NCBI RefSeq assembly: GCF_963921235.1
Contig: NC_086101.1
Span: forward strand, 190,774,001 to 190,838,000
Direction of reading: 5' to 3'
DNA length: 64,000 bases
Source: Mobula hypostoma
Taxonomy: Eukaryota
Shown: piece after piece, positions 60,701 through 64,000 of the stretch
How the letters are laid out: the number at the start of each line of letters is the position of its first letter
Numbering within the stretch: position 1 is the first letter of the stretch
Notes under the pieces: generated by a model
The model's database searches: none
Seen by the model: only the letters and a program-made list of their open reading frames with translations
What the model was told of the DNA's origin: nothing
Position numbers and translations under genes: made by a program

Positions 60701-61360
60701 CGAGCCGGAAGTGATTGATGGTTTGAAGAGCGGTGAGACAGTATTCTAAGGTGATTGATGAATTGAAGAAGGGTGAGGCAGTAGTGGATTGAGGAAGGTT
60801 GAGGGAGGATTCCTAATGATTTGTGGATGCAGGATGGGTTGTGCTGTGTTCTAAGGTGATTGATAAATGAGATGGGGTGAGACAGCATTCTGAAATGACT
60901 GAAGGATTGAAGAGGGGAGAGACAGAGTATAACGTGATTGGAATATTGAGTCAGGGAGGCAGCAGTCTGAGGTGCCTGAAGGATTGAGGAGGGATGTGAT
61001 ATTTGTCTGACGTGATTGATGGTTTGAAGAGAGGTTAGACATGTGTCTGAACTGATTGATGGATTGAGTAGGGGTGAGAGAGGTGTCTGAGTTTATTGAT
61101 GCATTGAGGAGGGTTGATACAGGAGTCGAAGGTGAACGATGGACTGAGGAGGGGTGAGAGAGGAGTCTGTGATGATAGAGGAGGGGTGGGAGAGGATCCT
61201 GAGGTGATTGATGGATTGAGGAGGGATAAGAGAGAAGTGTGAGGTGATAGATGGATTGAGAAGGAGTGAGACAAGAATCCGTGATTGATGGATTAAGGAA
61301 GGGTGAGTCAGGAGTCTGAAATGATTGATGCATTGAGGAGTTTTGAGTCAAGTCTCAGGT
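57790..61360. repeat. Degenerate 40-bp tandem repeat (~3.6 kb, roughly 85-90 units)
   Basis: Consensus GAGGTGATTGATGGATTGAGGAGGGGTGAGACAGGAGTCT repeated head-to-tail with many substitutions. Confidence 0.92.
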
Positions 61361-61479
61361 CACCGGCAACTGCCGTGTAATTTGTTGTTTTGCCGCAGCT
61401 GTGTACTGCAAAGCATAAAATTAAAAGCTATTATTTACAACAAATATATATATATAAATAATTCAAATAAATAATCAGT

Positions 61480-61950
61480 GCAATGGTTTTGCTGTTGTCC
61501 AGGTGAGCCAAGGCCACGTGAGAAGCCGGTGAGATTGCATCCACTGTAGACCTGTTGTGGTGACAGGCAAATTGCTATGGACCCAGGTTCCTCCTGAGGC
61601 AGGAGTGGATTCCAGCCGAGAGCGACCTCTCACGGCATTTCATGGCAGTAGATGTGAGTGCCCCTGGGTGAGGGACGTTAAGGCAGCTCACTCTGCTCTG
61701 CTTGGGCATCGGTATGATTGTTACCCTTTTGAATCAGGTGGGGACGTCTGACTGTAGTAGTGAGTGATTGAAGATATTCTTCATCTTCCCCACCAGTTGA
61801 TTGACACAGGCTTTCAGCGATCTTCCAGATACACCAGCAGGGCCTGACAACTAAATGAGCACTAATGGATAGCCAAAACAGGGTACAGACTGTAATCCAC
61901 AGGAGGGTCCAGGATGGGAAGTTCATATGTGCAATATTGGATACTCAGGA
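61480..61950 (-). mobile_element. Rex1/Babar RT fragment
   Basis: Minus-strand degenerate LKAC..QL..IFNHSL.Q..VPT.FKRVTIIPMPKQ...ALTSTAMKC...QFA..HNRSTVDAIS. Confidence 0.75.
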
Positions 61951-62179
61951 GTGGGCTACACGCTGCGGTGTGATGCTGTAGAGTCCGGAGTGGGAGTTAC
62001 GTCAGAATCAGAATCAGAATCAGATTTAATATAGAAAACAATAGAATAAACAATGAGATTGCATCACTGGTGTGTGTATGTCATGGAATTTCTTGTTTTG
62101 CAGCAGCAGTACAAAGCAAAATATAACAATAAAACCTATAAATTACAGTAAGTACATAGAAAATAAGAAAATTAAGTTA

Positions 62180-62850
62180 AATTATTGAGAAGCAGGACCA
62201 CAAAGGTAGTAATCTCGGGATTACTGCCTGTGCCACCTGACAGTGAGTATAGGACTAGGGTGAAGAGGAGGATAAATGCGTGGCTAAGGGATTGGAGCAG
62301 GGGGCAAGGATTCAGATTTCTGGATCATTGCGACCTCTTTAGGAGCAGGCGGACCTATACAAAAAGGACACCATTATACTTGCAAAGGCTGTTGGGGAGA
62401 GTTTAAACTAGAATTGTTGGGGGGTGGGAACCGAACTGAAGAGACTGTGGAAGAGCTGGTTGGGTCACAAATAGAAAAAGCTTGAGACAGTGTCAGAGCG
62501 AGGATAGGCAGGTGATCGTGAAGCAAGTCGCACAGGCCGATGGTTTGAGATGTGTCTATTTTAATGCAAGGAGTATTATGAACAAAGTGGATGAAGTTAG
62601 AGCGTGGATCAGTACTTGGAGCTATGATGTTGTGGCCATTACAGAGACCTGCGTGGTTCAGGGGCAGGAATGGTTATTCAGAGTGCCAGACTTTAGATGT
62701 TTTAGAAAGGACATGGAGGGAGGCAAAAGAGGTGGGGGTGTGGTACTGTTCGATAGTGTTACGGCTGCAGAAAAGGAGAAAGTCATAAAGGGATTCTCTA
62801 CACAGTCTCTGTGGGTGGAAGTTAGCCACAGGAAGGTGTGAATAACTCTA
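62180..62850 (+). mobile_element. CR1 fragment spanning the ORF1 esterase end and the ORF2 endonuclease start
   Basis: VVISGLLPVP...INAWLRDW...FRFLDH (ORF1 SGNH-like) and CVYFNARSIMNKVDEVRAWISTWSYDVVAITET. Confidence 0.85.
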
Positions 62851-62854
62851 CTGG

Positions 62855-63140
62855 AGACTCATTCCACCAAGATGCAGCACTGAGCATCATAGGAAGTCAT
62901 TCCTGCCTGTGGCCATCAAACTTTACAACTCCTCCCTTGGAGGGCCAGACACCCTGAGCCAATAGGCTGGTCCTGGACTTATTTCCTAGAATAATTTGCA
63001 TATTATTATTTAATTATTTATGGTTTTATATTGCTATATTTATACTCTATTCTTGGTTAGTGCATCTGTAACGAATCCCAATTTCCCTCGGGATCAATCA
63101 AGTATGTCTGTCTACCTATCTATCTATCTATCTATCTATC
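62855..63140 (+). mobile_element. Rex1/L2-like 3' end with a (TATC)n tail
   Basis: CATAGGAAGTCATTCCTGCCTGTGGCCATCAAACTTTACAACTCCTCCCTTGG is shared with 40712..41028. Confidence 0.8.
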
Positions 63141-63277
63141 ATTTTTATATTCAGGAACTCGATCAAATATACCGCAGTCAATGCTTCATCCCGACCCCCG
63201 AGCACAGTGTCCAACAGAATTCACAGGAGAGGGATCCGGAGCCGAAACCCCGGCACGACACACAGACATGAGACTCA

Positions 63278-63432
63278 CCAACACTTATTGATCACGTGAG
63301 TCGTTGTATCGCACCGGGAGCGGCCGGGACTGGGAAATGTGTAGTGAAACACCAACTTTTTAGCCCCTGATTCCACCCTGTACCAGATCACGGAGCCGAA
63401 CAGGGCGACGTCAGTGGGTGGGTGGATGAAAG
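63278..63432 (-). pseudogene. Truncated paralog of the Siglec-15-like V1 exon (V3)
   Basis: TFIHPPTDVALFGSVIWYRVESGAKKLVFHYTFPSPGRSRCDTT aligns closely to V1 TFTHPPTDLVPSGTLIWYRVESGARKLVFNCSYPDSGRSWCDTT. The A-B strands are replaced by microsatellite and the D-G strands are missing. It ends at TG|GTGAGT, which is also an in-frame TGA. Confidence 0.8.
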
Positions 63433-63522
63433 TGAGTGAGTGAGAGAGAGAGAGAGAGAGAGAGAGTGTGTTGTGTGTCTGTGAGAGTGTGAGAGAGAGA
63501 GCGGAGAGAATGTGTGCGTGTG

Positions 63523-63578
<56 letters not shown>

Positions 63579-63598
63579 AACGAGAGGGAGGGAGAGAA
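63433..63598. repeat. Compound (GA)n/(GT)n microsatellite
   Basis: Directly visible. Confidence 0.95.
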
Positions 63599-63719
63599 CA
63601 CGAACAGGCGCGGAGTTTCATAACCCCACGGAACCAGATCCCGTGTTGTAGATCCACGTGGTATCGCAACGTATCGGTGGACCTGGTTTGGACATTGACC
63701 CAGCGGAGTGAGTTACAGG

Positions 63720-64000
63720 CCGGGTTCTGACGTGGGAAACGTCCGGTTGGGATTTATATATATAATAACGGATTCCCGGTGTCAGGTGCAGGGTGGGGGT
63801 CTGATCTGTGAGTTGGCAGGGGTAGTTATATGTGTAATAACTGACACCCGGGAGTAGGAGGCGTCGGGAGTGGGTGTCAAATGTATAATAACCGATACCT
63901 GGGAGTGGGTTACAGTCTGGGTTCTGATGTGGAAGGGGGCGGGGGGCGATGTGGTAGTTTTATGTAGAATGACCGATATCGGGGAACGGGTTACAGGATG
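63720..64000. repeat. Degenerate minisatellite with a TATAATAAC(C/T)GA.ACC.GGGAGT.GG motif, running off the window
   Basis: The motif recurs at ~63760, 63835, 63885 and 63965. Confidence 0.6.

Noticed and set aside
57790-61360. Ser/Pro/His/Leu-rich ORFs on the minus strand, and a possible CRISPR array
   Set aside because: The 40-bp unit is not a codon multiple and frames break repeatedly. Units are contiguous and degenerate with no unique spacers or cas genes, and the DNA is eukaryotic.

Overview
Eukaryotic, repeat-dominated genomic DNA with no prokaryotic features. It most likely comes from a cartilaginous fish (ray); this is an inference from the CR1 LINEs with (TTCTATGT)n tails, V-SINE/HE1-type SINEs and Penelope ends. 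Most of the window is retroelement debris. It includes a full-length L1 with a 14-bp TSD nested in an old CR1 and itself interrupted by a young CR1, several other CR1s, Rex1/Babar pieces, a solo LTR, SINEs, and Penelope-like elements (PLE) carrying minimal hammerhead ribozyme motifs. About 17.7-38.8 kb is a ~10.5-kb tandem segmental duplication built on an older multi-copy module. The only host gene I can support is on the minus strand at ~47.7-56.2 kb. It has phase-compatible exons for a Siglec-15-like V-set Ig domain, a second divergent V-set domain, a transmembrane exon with an intramembrane Lys and a very short tail, so it is a putative DAP12-coupled activating receptor with V-V-TM(K) architecture. 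A truncated third V-set paralog lies at ~63.3 kb. A ~1-kb N gap and a ~3.6-kb 40-bp satellite lie upstream of the first V exon. The leader exon was not found. All identities and alignments are by eye, and no database search was run.
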